Of a stretch of 64,000 bases of DNA, positions 30,244 through 40,830 are shown in pieces. Both the position numbers and the translations under genes were made by a program. A model generated the notes under the pieces. The model was not told where the DNA came from. It saw only the letters and a list, made by a program, of their open reading frames with translations, and did not search any database. The stretch comes from an uncultured bacterium. Its GTDB lineage: Bacteria; JAGOEH01. The stretch covers positions 84,249 to 148,248 of the forward strand of contig CAZWDO010000005.1 of assembly GCA_964632485.1 (NCBI GenBank), written 5' to 3'. Positions within the stretch are counted from its first letter, which is position 1. Every line of letters starts with the position of its first letter.

Positions 30244-31776
30244 TTATTTACCATTATCATATTTTTTAATTTTCTTAAATAATCTTTTTAAAATTGATGC
30301 GGGGAATACTATTATTTTGCCTACTCTATAAGAATAACTATTTTTGATTTCCTTTAGTTGCTGATCCTTCTGATTTATTTTCACTGCTCTGTTGTTCATT
30401 TGTTCGTCTTTCTGTCTTAGCAGGCTATCATTTTTTTTGGTCTGCTCGTTTATCCGCTGAATTTGCTGATCCATCTGCTGAATTTGACTTTCTTTGCTTT
30501 GTATTACCTGATCTTTATCCTGTATTTGCTGATCCTTCTGGTTTATGATCACTGCCCTATTGTCCAGTTGTTCGTCTTTCTGCCTTAGCAAGGCATCCTT
30601 ATTTTTGATCTGTTCTTTTATCTGCTGAATTTGTCGACCCATCTGCTGGATTTGGCTTTCTTTGCTTTGTATTACCTGATCTTTATCCCGCAACTCATGA
30701 TCTTTCTGGTGAAGGAAACTATTTTTATTTTGTATTTCTTGATCTTGTTCATGTAAACGCTGATCCATCTGTCTGATATGTTCGTTTTTCTGTCGAAGCT
30801 GTGAATCTCTCTGTTGAAGCTGTAGCTGAAGCAATTTTTTTTCCAGAAAAGCGTCGCGGGTATTATCAAGAAGCGCAAATAAACTAACAGATGTTTTATC
30901 TATATCTACCACAGGTTCGTTATCTAGCAGCACCTCATCAAGTGAACTAAAGGAATATCCCATTCTATTAATTCTATCCTCACCCAGATAATTGAGATAT
31001 TCTCTCATAACACGCCAAACCTGAGGGTTTTTTAGATACTGTGTCCATTTATCAGAATGCAAAGCATCTGGCTTGCCTTTCTCGTATACTGTCTTTTGAT
31101 CGCCATATTGCCATTTGGGTAAGCCACTGTTACCATATCCAATCATATTTTGATCATACATGATTCCTATATAATCACACACTTTTTTGATCTCGAATTC
31201 AGGATTAGCGAGGATATCTTCATACTGAATACGGAATCCGGCATCACCAAGTTGCGTAATAGCTTTCAACAAGCATCCCGGAGCATGAAGCAGATCTGAT
31301 TTGAATCGACTGAGCGTAAACCAATCCTGCTTGATCCATGTGTCCACTACTGACATCAGAACCGCCAGAGGATTTCTGATAAGTATTATATATTTTGCAT
31401 CAGGGAATAAATCATAAAGTTCGTTAATAATAAAATAGTAACGGGGAGTCTTATCTAAAAAAAACTTTTTCCCAGTCGGCTCGAGCAGTCGATCATAAAG
31501 CGATCCATACATCTGCCGCATTTTTTCACAATATTCAGTACGGCCATTATCTATTTGACTAAGAAACTCGCTCAACCCACGAATAGCAAGATCAACTGAA
31601 TACTCGGTTTCAATGCCAGTAGTTTTCATGGAATAAAGAGGATGCAGCATCACCCAAGGTTCAGAGGTTGTATATATTTGCGAATGCGAACCAAGGATTC
31701 GCTGCAACATGGTTGACCCTGCCCGGGGCTGGGATATAAGGAAGATGAGATTCTTGCCTGTCTTCATTTTATTCAA
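30244..31776 (-). CDS. Sulfotransferase with a long heptad coiled coil and an amphipathic C-terminus
   Basis: QPRAGSTML, LDKTPRY and RNPLAV motifs; KDxxIQx heptads; SYSYRVGKIIVFP tail. Confidence 0.85.
   Translation of the reverse strand: MNKMKTGKNLIFLISQPRAGSTMLQRILGSHSQIYTTSEPWVMLHPLYSMKTTGIETEYSVDLAIRGLSEFLSQIDNGRTEYCEKMRQMYGSLYDRLLEPTGKKFFLDKTPRYYFIINELYDLFPDAKYIILIRNPLAVLMSVVDTWIKQDWFTLSRFKSDLLHAPGCLLKAITQLGDAGFRIQYEDILANPEFEIKKVCDYIGIMYDQNMIGYGNSGLPKWQYGDQKTVYEKGKPDALHSDKWTQYLKNPQVWRVMREYLNYLGEDRINRMGYSFSSLDEVLLDNEPVVDIDKTSVSLFALLDNTRDAFLEKKLLQLQLQQRDSQLRQKNEHIRQMDQRLHEQDQEIQNKNSFLHQKDHELRDKDQVIQSKESQIQQMGRQIQQIKEQIKNKDALLRQKDEQLDNRAVIINQKDQQIQDKDQVIQSKESQIQQMDQQIQRINEQTKKNDSLLRQKDEQMNNRAVKINQKDQQLKEIKNSYSYRVGKIIVFPASILKRLFKKIKKYDNGK
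30355..30690 (-). repeat. 168-bp (56-aa) intragenic tandem duplication
   Basis: tttgctttgtattacctgatctttatcc at both 30493 and 30661 (168 bp apart). Confidence 0.85.
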
Positions 31777-31966
31777 GTGACTTTAAAATCTTGATTTAGA
31801 TATGTTTATATATTCTTTATAAAACATTAAATCACGTATGGATCCCGCTAAAAGCATTAAAGCTTAGCAAAACATGTTTTAAAATAAGTTATTGACATAT
31901 TATCCCGGAATTATCATGTTTTGAAAGCCCTCTTTAGATAAAGTGTTGCAACATATTTTCGGTTCA

Positions 31967-33028
31967 TCATAGCCGGTTACGGGCGCTTTCAAAAAGCTGT
32001 AATAAAATATCAGACAATGTAAAACGATATTTCCAATGAGGATAATGACGCCGAAACTTGCGCACATCGCTGATATACCAAACATGATCGCCGCTTCGCG
32101 CATGATCGAGATAAGTTACATCCATGCTCTTGCCGACGATTTCTTCGCACATCGCAATGGCCTCTAGCATAGAACAGTGGCTGTAACGGCTGCCACCGAC
32201 ATTGTAGACTTCACCGGATTGCGGCGCTAAATAAAACTGCCAGAACATATTAACCAGGTCATAACTATGGATATTATCCCGCACTTGTTTGCCTTTGTAA
32301 CCAAAAATCTTATAAGGCTGCCCGGTTATAGCGCACTTCATCAGAAAGGATAAAAAACCATGTAGCATTGTACCTGAATGATTGGGGCCGGTCAGACAGC
32401 CACAGCGAAAAATTCCAGTTTTCAGTCCAAAATATCGGCCATACTCCTGAGTGATCACATCGGCTGCCAACTTGGAGGCTCCAAAAATGGAATGCATGGT
32501 TTGATCGATACTCATTTGCTCATCAATGCCTTGTTCAGCATAAGGATGCGCAGGATCAATTTCCCATCGCGTTTCTTTTTCAATAAGCGGCAGGAAGTTG
32601 GGTGTGTCTCCGTAAACCTTATTAGTGGAAGTAAAAATAAAAACTGCATCCGGGCAATATTTACGGGTCGCTTCCAACAGAGTCAACGTGCCTCCGGCAT
32701 TGACCGAAAAATCAATGTGCGGATCATTGAACGCCCAATCATGAGAAGGCTGTGCAGCGGTATGCGCCACCAGCCTTATATCGCTGTTATATTCGGAAAA
32801 AAGAGCTTCCATGGCCGCCCGATCACGAATGTCGTCATCCAGATGACGGTATGCGGACACCTCTGCCATTAAGCGTTGCTTTTGCCATAAAGTGGAGGCA
32901 TCGTTACCGAAAAAAAAGCGCCGCATATCATTGTCCACACCGACAACCTGAAAACCCTTTTGCGCCAAAAACCTGACCAATTCTGATCCGACCAATCCGG
33001 ACGAGCCGGTCACGATGGCTATTTTCAT
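31967..33028 (-). CDS. NAD-dependent epimerase (CDP-paratose 2-epimerase/RfbE-like)
   Basis: [25 protein letters not shown] and GKQVRDNIH motifs. Confidence 0.85.
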   Translation of the reverse strand: MKIAIVTGSSGLVGSELVRFLAQKGFQVVGVDNDMRRFFFGNDASTLWQKQRLMAEVSAYRHLDDDIRDRAAMEALFSEYNSDIRLVAHTAAQPSHDWAFNDPHIDFSVNAGGTLTLLEATRKYCPDAVFIFTSTNKVYGDTPNFLPLIEKETRWEIDPAHPYAEQGIDEQMSIDQTMHSIFGASKLAADVITQEYGRYFGLKTGIFRCGCLTGPNHSGTMLHGFLSFLMKCAITGQPYKIFGYKGKQVRDNIHSYDLVNMFWQFYLAPQSGEVYNVGGSRYSHCSMLEAIAMCEEIVGKSMDVTYLDHARSGDHVWYISDVRKFRRHYPHWKYRFTLSDILLQLFESARNRL

Positions 33029-33264
33029 TGTATCACTCCAAAACTTGATGCCGTTTTATTTCTGTTGTACGACCTTTAAATTATCAAAAATTTGTTCAGG
33101 ATTTCATTTTCTCAACAGCGTGTGAATGAAGTGTCCATAAAAAGATCAAGTCAGCGAATAACCTTCAAATATAATGCCATAATGATTTACAATAGAAAAT
33201 GCGCTCGAGGTTGGCAGTAATAAAATGCTAATTATTTATTGTCGTTGCTAATCCTATTGGATTT

Positions 33265-36072
33265 TCACCTGTTAAAGTACTTCCAGACTTCATCCACTCC
33301 GATCATGTTGAATGGAGGTTTTCGAAGAAAATCTCTATCACTATGAAAATGACCACTATTTGCGCCCAGACCGCAGTTGTAAACCACTCTTTCGGAAGTC
33401 TTACAATGAGACATTCCGAGAATGGCAGATAAAAGAGCGGTGGTACTATCCCAACTGAATTGCCTGTTAAGCACTTTGATTACATCCCGCCCTGGCGTTA
33501 CATCAAGCCTGGCAATGACTTCAGTGGTAAGCGCCGTAGCTGTCCATTTCAAATATTCCGGCTCTGGCAACATGAACAGCGACTTCAATTGTAATAGAAC
33601 CGGCATCAGTTTCTTTTGGGTCGTCGCCCAGCCCCACCCCTGGAACCGAGAAAAAACTTTGCCTTCATTCGGTACTTCAAAATGATGACCATAAACCGAA
33701 TAGACTGATGGGTCATTCTCTATTTCTGCCAGGTGATCCAGGAATAGTCTGATGGCATTGTTTGTAGGAAAGCAATCATCCTCCAGGATAATGATTTTTT
33801 CATACTGCCGCGCCATAAACGACAGGCCGTCAATCATGAGCTTATCAATGCCCAAATGTCCTACATGAAATTGCCAGTAAGCCTGTGGATAATCAACCTC
33901 CAAGCCTTGACAACCATCTACCTCTTCCTTTAGTTCCGGGGTATACGAATACCCGTCGATCCATACATGTGTGAGCGGCAAAATGTTCTGGCGTTTCAAA
34001 CTCTCCAGCACACTCTGCAGGTGCTGTTTACGGCGATAACCAAAAACGATTATTCCGAATTGTTTTAACATCTGTCCGGAGCGCGTGAACGATAAATTAT
34101 CAGAAAAGTTAATTACATGCCCAGAATTTTTATTTAATCCGTTGTAATCTAACTGGTTGCAAACAGCCAGATCAGGGGCAACTTTATCTTTCTCGCGCAG
34201 CAAAAATTCCGTCAGCATTCCAAGCTCAAAAAAAATATTTAGATTCTTGAACTCCAGTAAATAATTCTCCGGGTAAGGATATTTCTCCTTATCGCGTCTC
34301 AATAGCGCTAAATTAAACTCTTCCATCGCTTTCTTGAGCAAAACCGGCAAATCATGCAGATTCTTTCCTAAACAGGCAGATTCCCAAATATCCAGTCCGT
34401 CTGCACCAGCCTGGTACTTGGCTAGTAGGTAATAGGCAAGGCTTTTTTTATAGTCCGGAAGGATATCAGATACCAGCAGTTCGCGCGAATAGAAAACAGT
34501 TTTTTTTTCCTTCAACGCGCGAAAAACCAGTTGTGTTTCTTCATGATAGCCGAGATGATCTCCCTTCATACCAAATCGCGAGTCGAATCCCCCATATTCC
34601 AGCAGCAATTCTTTGCGGAAAAAAATATTAGTGCCAATAATAAAGCCCTTTTCAAGCCAACCGGTCTCCCCCATATCCCCGCGAATGCCGTATTCCTGTT
34701 TAAACCAAACCGGCTCTTCGCCATTTAGGATTGGATACACCGGTCCACCGAAGATGTCCGGCCTTTTTTCCGCGATAATTCGCAAGGCTTCTTCAAGCCA
34801 ATGGCTATCAGCGATGGAATCATCATCCATGAACGCAATATATTCGGCCCGGGCTTTAGATAGTCCCATGTTTCTGGCCAGGCTCAACCCCTGATTGGGT
34901 TCCCGATAATATTTGAAATTGGCATATTTTTTTGTGAACCCAGCGCAGAGATCAGGTGTCCGGTCGGAGGAGTTATTGTCTATCATGAGCACTTCGTAGG
35001 AATCGTTAGATATTGTCTGGTCTGCCAGTGCTTGCAAACAATCAGACAATAGTCTTTCGCGGTTGAATGTGCAGACAATAACCGATATCATCGGCACGAC
35101 GTTCCCCGTGGTTACAGAGTGACCGGCTACAGCTCCTTCCGCCAATCTTTTACTTACATTTTTCAGATTATCAGCGTGAAAAAAATAGTGGGACAGTGTC
35201 GGGAATAGCTGGTGCTTTTCTAACACTGCCCGCCGCGCCTCGGAGATTGCCGCTAACCTCTTTTCCCATGGATCATCACGTAAAATACGCAAAATAATTT
35301 CAATGGCCTGGCCGGGGTTGCCAATATCGATATTGATAAATGATCCAGCCGGGAAATACTCCTCCAAATTTGTACAGCCGAAATAAATCGGCATAGTCCA
35401 GGCCAGGAAACAATCGGCCAGTTTTTCCGTCCAGTAATCGGGACCGCTGAAATTCTCGATAGCCAGCGAATACTTATATGGGGCAAGCCCTGCCCACTTG
35501 TCTTCAACCATGCAGAACCCCAGTTGCTGTTGCTCGATCGCATTTTTTCTGCGGGCTTCCGGATTGACAATGTGATGAACCTGTGTGCCCAGTAAATCCA
35601 GAGCAGCAATATTCCCAGATATGGCCCTCAAAAAATCCATGCGTCTCCGGTGGCCGGGCAGTATATCTTTAGTGCTGGTAATCCAGGACAGAAGAGCTGT
35701 CTTGGGGGAAATCGCCGTTCGCGTCAGAAAATCATAGTCGCGATTGATGTGCCAGGGCACTAAAGGATGACTTCGAACATATTTCACCCCGCTACATTCT
35801 GGATCACAAGTGAATGTTTTTATCGAGTAGGAGGGATTAACATGCCATTTCTTAAAAAATTCTGTGGGCGGTTCCTGCACTACGCGAAAAACCCTCTCTG
35901 GCGGAAAGGGAATCTCCTCTCCTGCCCCCAGGTTATTCAAGATAACGCAAAAATCGCAATCCTGCGTCTTCTCTTCTGTGAATTGGACATCCTGCCATAT
36001 TCCCGTTCGCCCCGGCGTTTGCTGAAGCAAATCCGGCCATTTCCAGTTCCGTATTATTCTTACATGTTTCAT
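33265..36072 (-). CDS. Three-domain glycosyltransferase fusion (GT10 fucosyltransferase-like + GT2 + GT-A)
   Basis: YKYSLAIEN...DYWTEKLAD (GT10); VIVCTFNR/FMDDD (GT2); IILEDDC/GWGWAT (third domain). Confidence 0.85.
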   Translation of the reverse strand: MKHVRIIRNWKWPDLLQQTPGRTGIWQDVQFTEEKTQDCDFCVILNNLGAGEEIPFPPERVFRVVQEPPTEFFKKWHVNPSYSIKTFTCDPECSGVKYVRSHPLVPWHINRDYDFLTRTAISPKTALLSWITSTKDILPGHRRRMDFLRAISGNIAALDLLGTQVHHIVNPEARRKNAIEQQQLGFCMVEDKWAGLAPYKYSLAIENFSGPDYWTEKLADCFLAWTMPIYFGCTNLEEYFPAGSFINIDIGNPGQAIEIILRILRDDPWEKRLAAISEARRAVLEKHQLFPTLSHYFFHADNLKNVSKRLAEGAVAGHSVTTGNVVPMISVIVCTFNRERLLSDCLQALADQTISNDSYEVLMIDNNSSDRTPDLCAGFTKKYANFKYYREPNQGLSLARNMGLSKARAEYIAFMDDDSIADSHWLEEALRIIAEKRPDIFGGPVYPILNGEEPVWFKQEYGIRGDMGETGWLEKGFIIGTNIFFRKELLLEYGGFDSRFGMKGDHLGYHEETQLVFRALKEKKTVFYSRELLVSDILPDYKKSLAYYLLAKYQAGADGLDIWESACLGKNLHDLPVLLKKAMEEFNLALLRRDKEKYPYPENYLLEFKNLNIFFELGMLTEFLLREKDKVAPDLAVCNQLDYNGLNKNSGHVINFSDNLSFTRSGQMLKQFGIIVFGYRRKQHLQSVLESLKRQNILPLTHVWIDGYSYTPELKEEVDGCQGLEVDYPQAYWQFHVGHLGIDKLMIDGLSFMARQYEKIIILEDDCFPTNNAIRLFLDHLAEIENDPSVYSVYGHHFEVPNEGKVFSRFQGWGWATTQKKLMPVLLQLKSLFMLPEPEYLKWTATALTTEVIARLDVTPGRDVIKVLNRQFSWDSTTALLSAILGMSHCKTSERVVYNCGLGANSGHFHSDRDFLRKPPFNMIGVDEVWKYFNR

Positions 36073-36089
36073 AATATATAGGTATGTTA

Positions 36090-36817
36090 TTATTGATTAA
36101 TCAGCATTTTATAGTAGTATTCATTATTTATTAGTAAATATTCATATATCTCATCATAGTTTACAATTATATCACGCAATAATTGCGGATTAGATTGTGT
36201 TTCATCACTATAATCATCGAGTTCATCTTCGATGTTTAAAAACTTGAATAGATCACACAAAATAGATTTATTGTTAGCAAACAGTGATTCATAAGTAATT
36301 TCATATTTGCTAATGTTATATGAATCAATAAGCTTAATAACAAACTCTTTAGTAAGACGGCGCCACTCCAATCTTCTAAGAAAATGCTCTGGTTTTAATT
36401 CAATTGTAAGATTATTCGAAACTAATGTTTGGGTTACGCGTGAATGCCATCTATTAAATCTTTGAGCTAATTGGTCTGACACTTCTGCACGAACTGAATT
36501 GTCGCGCGTTAATACAATAAAAAAAGAACCTTTACAACATTCAATAAAGGAATAAAATCCATAAACCTACCCACCTGAGAAAATAGTATTTTACAGCCAT
36601 AATATTTAGTCTTACAATCAACGAAATAGCTTTCAAAATATTGGTCATTTTGGTGAAAATTGAAAGTGTTATTTCTCTCAAGGTATGATTTTATTTTTTT
36701 TTCCTGAAATATCTCTTTTAGCATTGTTATTTGGGAGTGGCAATTAAGAGTTTCAACAAGCCAGTTAGAACCTGCCCGTGATTCAGAAATAACAAACAAT
36801 CGCTGGCTGCCAACCAT
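36090..36817 (-). pseudogene. Stf0-like sulfotransferase split by a single-base frameshift
   Basis: N-terminal half has SRAGSNWL; the alternate frame from ~36555 reads SFIECCKGSFFIVLTRDNSVRAEVS and runs into ORF 36090-36482. Confidence 0.7.
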
Positions 36818-36818
36818 G

Positions 36819-37496
36819 TTAATAGAACCTTATATTTAGATGATTTTCAAGTCTATTATCAATATTAAATACGATCTCCGATATTTTTCGTCCGTATTTT
36901 ATGGCAAACGCCAAACGAAGTTTCTCATAATCTATCGATTTATTAATCACCTGCTGATCATGTGTTGTTTTATTTTTTACCTCTTCCTTTGTTACTGTTT
37001 TAACCGCTTTATCGAGTTTTTCATAATCGATGATTTGATTGAAATGATCGCAGACTTTCTTAAACTCTTGGTTCATATCTTTTTTCATACCCTCATACAT
37101 CAGTATCGTTTTTTTCTTCGTGAAGGACTCTTCGATTAACCATTTACGCAGATGCCTGCCGTAGAGCGTCGCCCAATGCTCGATCCGCACGGTATCGAAT
37201 GGATCTTCGCAATAATAATTCATCTGTGAATAAACCGTGTCTACCGGATGCCGGTAAAGGTACAAAACGTTTTTCCGGGTTACACTCAGATCGTCATCAT
37301 GGCGGTGATAGCAAGTAAATCGCGTGGCATCTTTAAAATAAAAAATCCGCACTAGCGACGGTATCTCAAAGTAAAGCTCCATTACCATGCGCAACCAGTG
37401 ACTTCCTGTACGAGGGAAGCTTATAAGGTAAGGAAACTCAGAATCTGAAATAATTTTATTTATCAACGCGTGATCATTTACCTGAATGGAACTCAT
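36819..37496 (-). CDS. Sulfotransferase domain protein
   Basis: SFPRTGSHW, YRHPVDTVYS and YE motifs. Confidence 0.8.
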   Translation of the reverse strand: MSSIQVNDHALINKIISDSEFPYLISFPRTGSHWLRMVMELYFEIPSLVRIFYFKDATRFTCYHRHDDDLSVTRKNVLYLYRHPVDTVYSQMNYYCEDPFDTVRIEHWATLYGRHLRKWLIEESFTKKKTILMYEGMKKDMNQEFKKVCDHFNQIIDYEKLDKAVKTVTKEEVKNKTTHDQQVINKSIDYEKLRLAFAIKYGRKISEIVFNIDNRLENHLNIRFY

Positions 37497-37510
37497 AATT
37501 ATCCTTATTT

Positions 37511-38212
37511 CTATTTAAAATATGAATTATTTAAATAAATTGCATCACCGGCTGTCAACTGACCATCTTGCTGTGTCCATAATTCATACAAATTAAAAAG
37601 CTGGAAATTATTTTCCCTAAGAAAAAAATCAATATCAGAAAATAGTGCCTGATTTTTATATAATGCAATAAACTCTACTTCGACAGTTATAGTCTTTATT
37701 CTTTTAAGGATCCCTTGCGCTCCTTTCAAAGCTTCCAATTCATAGCCTTGAATATCTAATTTAACTATATCGATCTCAATATCTTGCAGCTCAGCTATAC
37801 TATCAATCCTGATTTGTTCTACCTCAATACTCTCTTTTATATCCATCTTGCTACCATGGTATTTATAAAGTAATTCACTTGGCGTTAAAATTGATGAAGA
37901 AACAATATTGTTGACCACATTAAATATAACATGACAATTTGAAGCTCCCAAAGCCTTTTCGAATATATAGATATTATTATATTTTGAAAACCGGTTCCTT
38001 AATATACTAACAGAATCAGGGAATGGTTCAAAAACATAAATAGTTGGATTTTGATATGATGATAAAAAATTCTGTATTATATTGCCCTGGTAGGCTCCTC
38101 CATCAATGATAACCGGGTTATTTTTCTGAATTTTCATTTTCAGGTCAATAAAACGATCTCGTTTAGCCATTCTGCCAAATTGATTATTTTGTGAAAGTGA
38201 ACTCTCTGCCAT
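37511..38212 (-). CDS. FkbM family methyltransferase
   Basis: IDGGAYQG, FEP and KLDIQGYEL motifs. Confidence 0.9.
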   Translation of the reverse strand: MAESSLSQNNQFGRMAKRDRFIDLKMKIQKNNPVIIDGGAYQGNIIQNFLSSYQNPTIYVFEPFPDSVSILRNRFSKYNNIYIFEKALGASNCHVIFNVVNNIVSSSILTPSELLYKYHGSKMDIKESIEVEQIRIDSIAELQDIEIDIVKLDIQGYELEALKGAQGILKRIKTITVEVEFIALYKNQALFSDIDFFLRENNFQLFNLYELWTQQDGQLTAGDAIYLNNSYFK

Positions 38213-38345
38213 TATATATAGTCCTATGCTATATTTTAAAGGTTAAATATTCGTGTTTGAATTCATTTTAGATGATTTGAAACTATTCGCGCTTGCCAAC
38301 AGATACAGGTTAATCTTATTTATCTTGTGAATCTGTTATTTTTTT

Positions 38346-39134
38346 CTATTTATGCCACCGGACAGGACCAGGTAGTTGGAACATAGATCTTACCAATATA
38401 AATATTTTTTTTGCAATTTTAAATTTGATTTTTTCTTCGCGCGCATCAATATAATGATAATTAAAAAAAGCCATAAAACTTGGGCATTTTTTTAATACAT
38501 GGTTGATTTCAAAAATATCACCATTAGTCAAATGCGAAATCCGTTCGTGATTTAAATTTATAATATCCATAGATTTTCCGGATACATCAAATTTCTTCTT
38601 TGGGTTTAATATCCCCACCTGAGGTATAAAATCCATAATTTTATGGCAGACTATATCTGGCTCGTCAGTCAGATATTCATACGTAAACCACAACTTATGT
38701 TTTAAATTTTTTGTATTTTCAATCTGATACCCGGCGCAAATGGACCAGTATTTAGCTAGATTATTATAGGTGAATCTCTTACCCCATCTTTGTTTAACGC
38801 TTACACAAAAGGCATAAGGATTTCTCACCATGATTAAAAAGTAGCTATCCGGAAAATTTGTTTCCAGTTGTTTTGCGCGAATCAGATGCGGTGGGCTTTT
38901 TTCCAGCAGGATGGGTTTGTTCAAATCCCACTTTTCTAACCATTTCTCCTTAACGATATCCCAAGGTACAACTTTTTCCGGGTTCCATCTGTCTTTGGTA
39001 AATAAAATAGACTTTACTAACGCCTGTCCTTCGGTATTAAAATCCGATATATGAGGCGATGTTTTCATTATATGCTGAAGAAGCGTCGAACCGGAAGACG
39101 GCGGACAAAGAATAAAAATATGTTTTCTTTCCAT
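38346..39134 (-). CDS. Sulfotransferase family protein
   Basis: PPSSGSTLL, LEKSPPH and VRNPYA motifs. Confidence 0.82.
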   Translation of the reverse strand: MERKHIFILCPPSSGSTLLQHIMKTSPHISDFNTEGQALVKSILFTKDRWNPEKVVPWDIVKEKWLEKWDLNKPILLEKSPPHLIRAKQLETNFPDSYFLIMVRNPYAFCVSVKQRWGKRFTYNNLAKYWSICAGYQIENTKNLKHKLWFTYEYLTDEPDIVCHKIMDFIPQVGILNPKKKFDVSGKSMDIINLNHERISHLTNGDIFEINHVLKKCPSFMAFFNYHYIDAREEKIKFKIAKKIFILVRSMFQLPGPVRWHK

Positions 39135-39219
39135 AATTGCAGATCGATAATATAATTTTTTTTTATTCTAAAGTATACATAACGGTTGCAGCATACCACC
39201 TCTTCTTTGGCATAATACA

Positions 39220-39909
39220 TCACTGCTTAGAAATCAATCCGACATCTATCCAGCTCCGGGCATTTTCCTGCGAAATAGTTACCCCAATAAATGCGCCCAA
39301 TCGTTCAATCTCATTCTTCGTAGATTCAAAAATAGAATCAAAATCAAATTCTATTGATTCGAAGGGATACTCACGGTAAATATTATCAGAGAACATGATC
39401 CATTTTTCTACATAATCTCGGATATCATCACTACTACAGTTTTTCTGCGAGTCATTCCCGAAGCTCTTCCATACTTTTTTAATTGATCTAACCTGATCTT
39501 CAATATCTCTTGTGAGCCGGATAATCCTTATGTCAAAGCGGTCCTTTAAAGTGAAAGCCAAAGGCAGAGATAGGCATCGTGGCGATTTCAGCGCTAAAGG
39601 GTACTTGTCGGTAGCAACTTCAGTCAAATATTCATAATAAGATGTAGCATAGCGCTTAGCAATGCTGCTTACTAAATCAAGAGAGGGCGGTTCGCCAGTA
39701 TCTGGATAATATCCTTTATAAAATCTACTCAAGAGATGATTATGCTTCTTGATTTCAAATATCCCTTTTTTGTTGATTACTGAAGGCTTACGAATAACTC
39801 CGGTTCCGGTATTAAGTCCGGCATTTTCAAGCAGCCCCATCATCATTGATGATCCGACTCTACCCATATAATAGGATACAAAAACTATCATATTACTTTT
39901 ATGATGCAA
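39220..39909 (-). CDS. Sulfotransferase-like protein
   Basis: GRVGSSM, NKKGIFE, LKSPR and RDIEDQVRS motifs. Confidence 0.65.
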   Translation of the reverse strand: MHHKSNMIVFVSYYMGRVGSSMMMGLLENAGLNTGTGVIRKPSVINKKGIFEIKKHNHLLSRFYKGYYPDTGEPPSLDLVSSIAKRYATSYYEYLTEVATDKYPLALKSPRCLSLPLAFTLKDRFDIRIIRLTRDIEDQVRSIKKVWKSFGNDSQKNCSSDDIRDYVEKWIMFSDNIYREYPFESIEFDFDSIFESTKNEIERLGAFIGVTISQENARSWIDVGLISKQ

Positions 39910-39996
39910 AATACAGTACTCCTTCTATCCGATTCTTCAGTAGCAGAATTTGGTAGCTGAGCTTGACCTCAAAACAAATCATGAATCCAAAAATTA

Positions 39997-40770
39997 CTAA
40001 TTCTTTACAGCTAAAACACATCTGGAACTCAGATCATTAGAAACAATTAAGCGTATTTCTTTTGTAGTATCCCCGTCAATATCTGTGTCTAACGGATGCC
40101 GCGTATGTGTCAGAGGAAAAACATATTCCCCTGTGGCAATAGTACCAAGCAATGCTGATTTCTTTATATAAATAACATTCTGAGATAATTTCAACAACTT
40201 GATATAGCTATAGATAAGGATTTGTTCATCCAGTTGATGCTCATGCAAGCGGGAATCGGATTCGACAATAATCACTTCAGGGGCGTAAATACTCAAGTCA
40301 AGTCCCATGAGCGCCTGAATCTCATAGCCTTCAATATCCAGCGAAAGTAGATTTATTGTTGAAAGCTGATACTCTGCAAAAATGGAGTCAAGCGTCCTTT
40401 TTTTTACAATCTGCTCTTTAAATCCGGAAAAGAAGTGAGGAAATTTGGTTTTAAACTCTTCTTCTTTCGTCTTATCCAATGTTGAAAGACTGCCACGCGC
40501 GTTGGCGTAAAATACAACTTGATCTTTGTCATCTTCCCCAACAGCGCAATGCGCAATTTTCGAATTGGGTCTGTTTCGCTCAAGCAAATTGATATAGTCC
40601 CCGTGAGCTTCAATACAAAGTCCTGACCATCCCTTCTCTTCAAAATGCAGCGTATTGCTAAAACGTCTTCCGTCAATGCAACCCACCTCAACAAAACAAC
40701 CCTCATTTTTCCCGGAAAAAAGCTGTTCGAGCAAATAGTCCTCTCCATGCTGGCTATAATAGCAGCGCAT
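39997..40770 (-). CDS. FkbM family methyltransferase
   Basis: YSQHGED, VEVGCIDG...SNT and SLDIEGYE motifs. Confidence 0.9.
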   Translation of the reverse strand: MRCYYSQHGEDYLLEQLFSGKNEGCFVEVGCIDGRRFSNTLHFEEKGWSGLCIEAHGDYINLLERNRPNSKIAHCAVGEDDKDQVVFYANARGSLSTLDKTKEEEFKTKFPHFFSGFKEQIVKKRTLDSIFAEYQLSTINLLSLDIEGYEIQALMGLDLSIYAPEVIIVESDSRLHEHQLDEQILIYSYIKLLKLSQNVIYIKKSALLGTIATGEYVFPLTHTRHPLDTDIDGDTTKEIRLIVSNDLSSRCVLAVKN

Positions 40771-40830
40771 CTATAACCTCTAACGGAATTTTACAGGTTT
40801 CGTTTATCGAAATGACCCCATCCATGTAAT

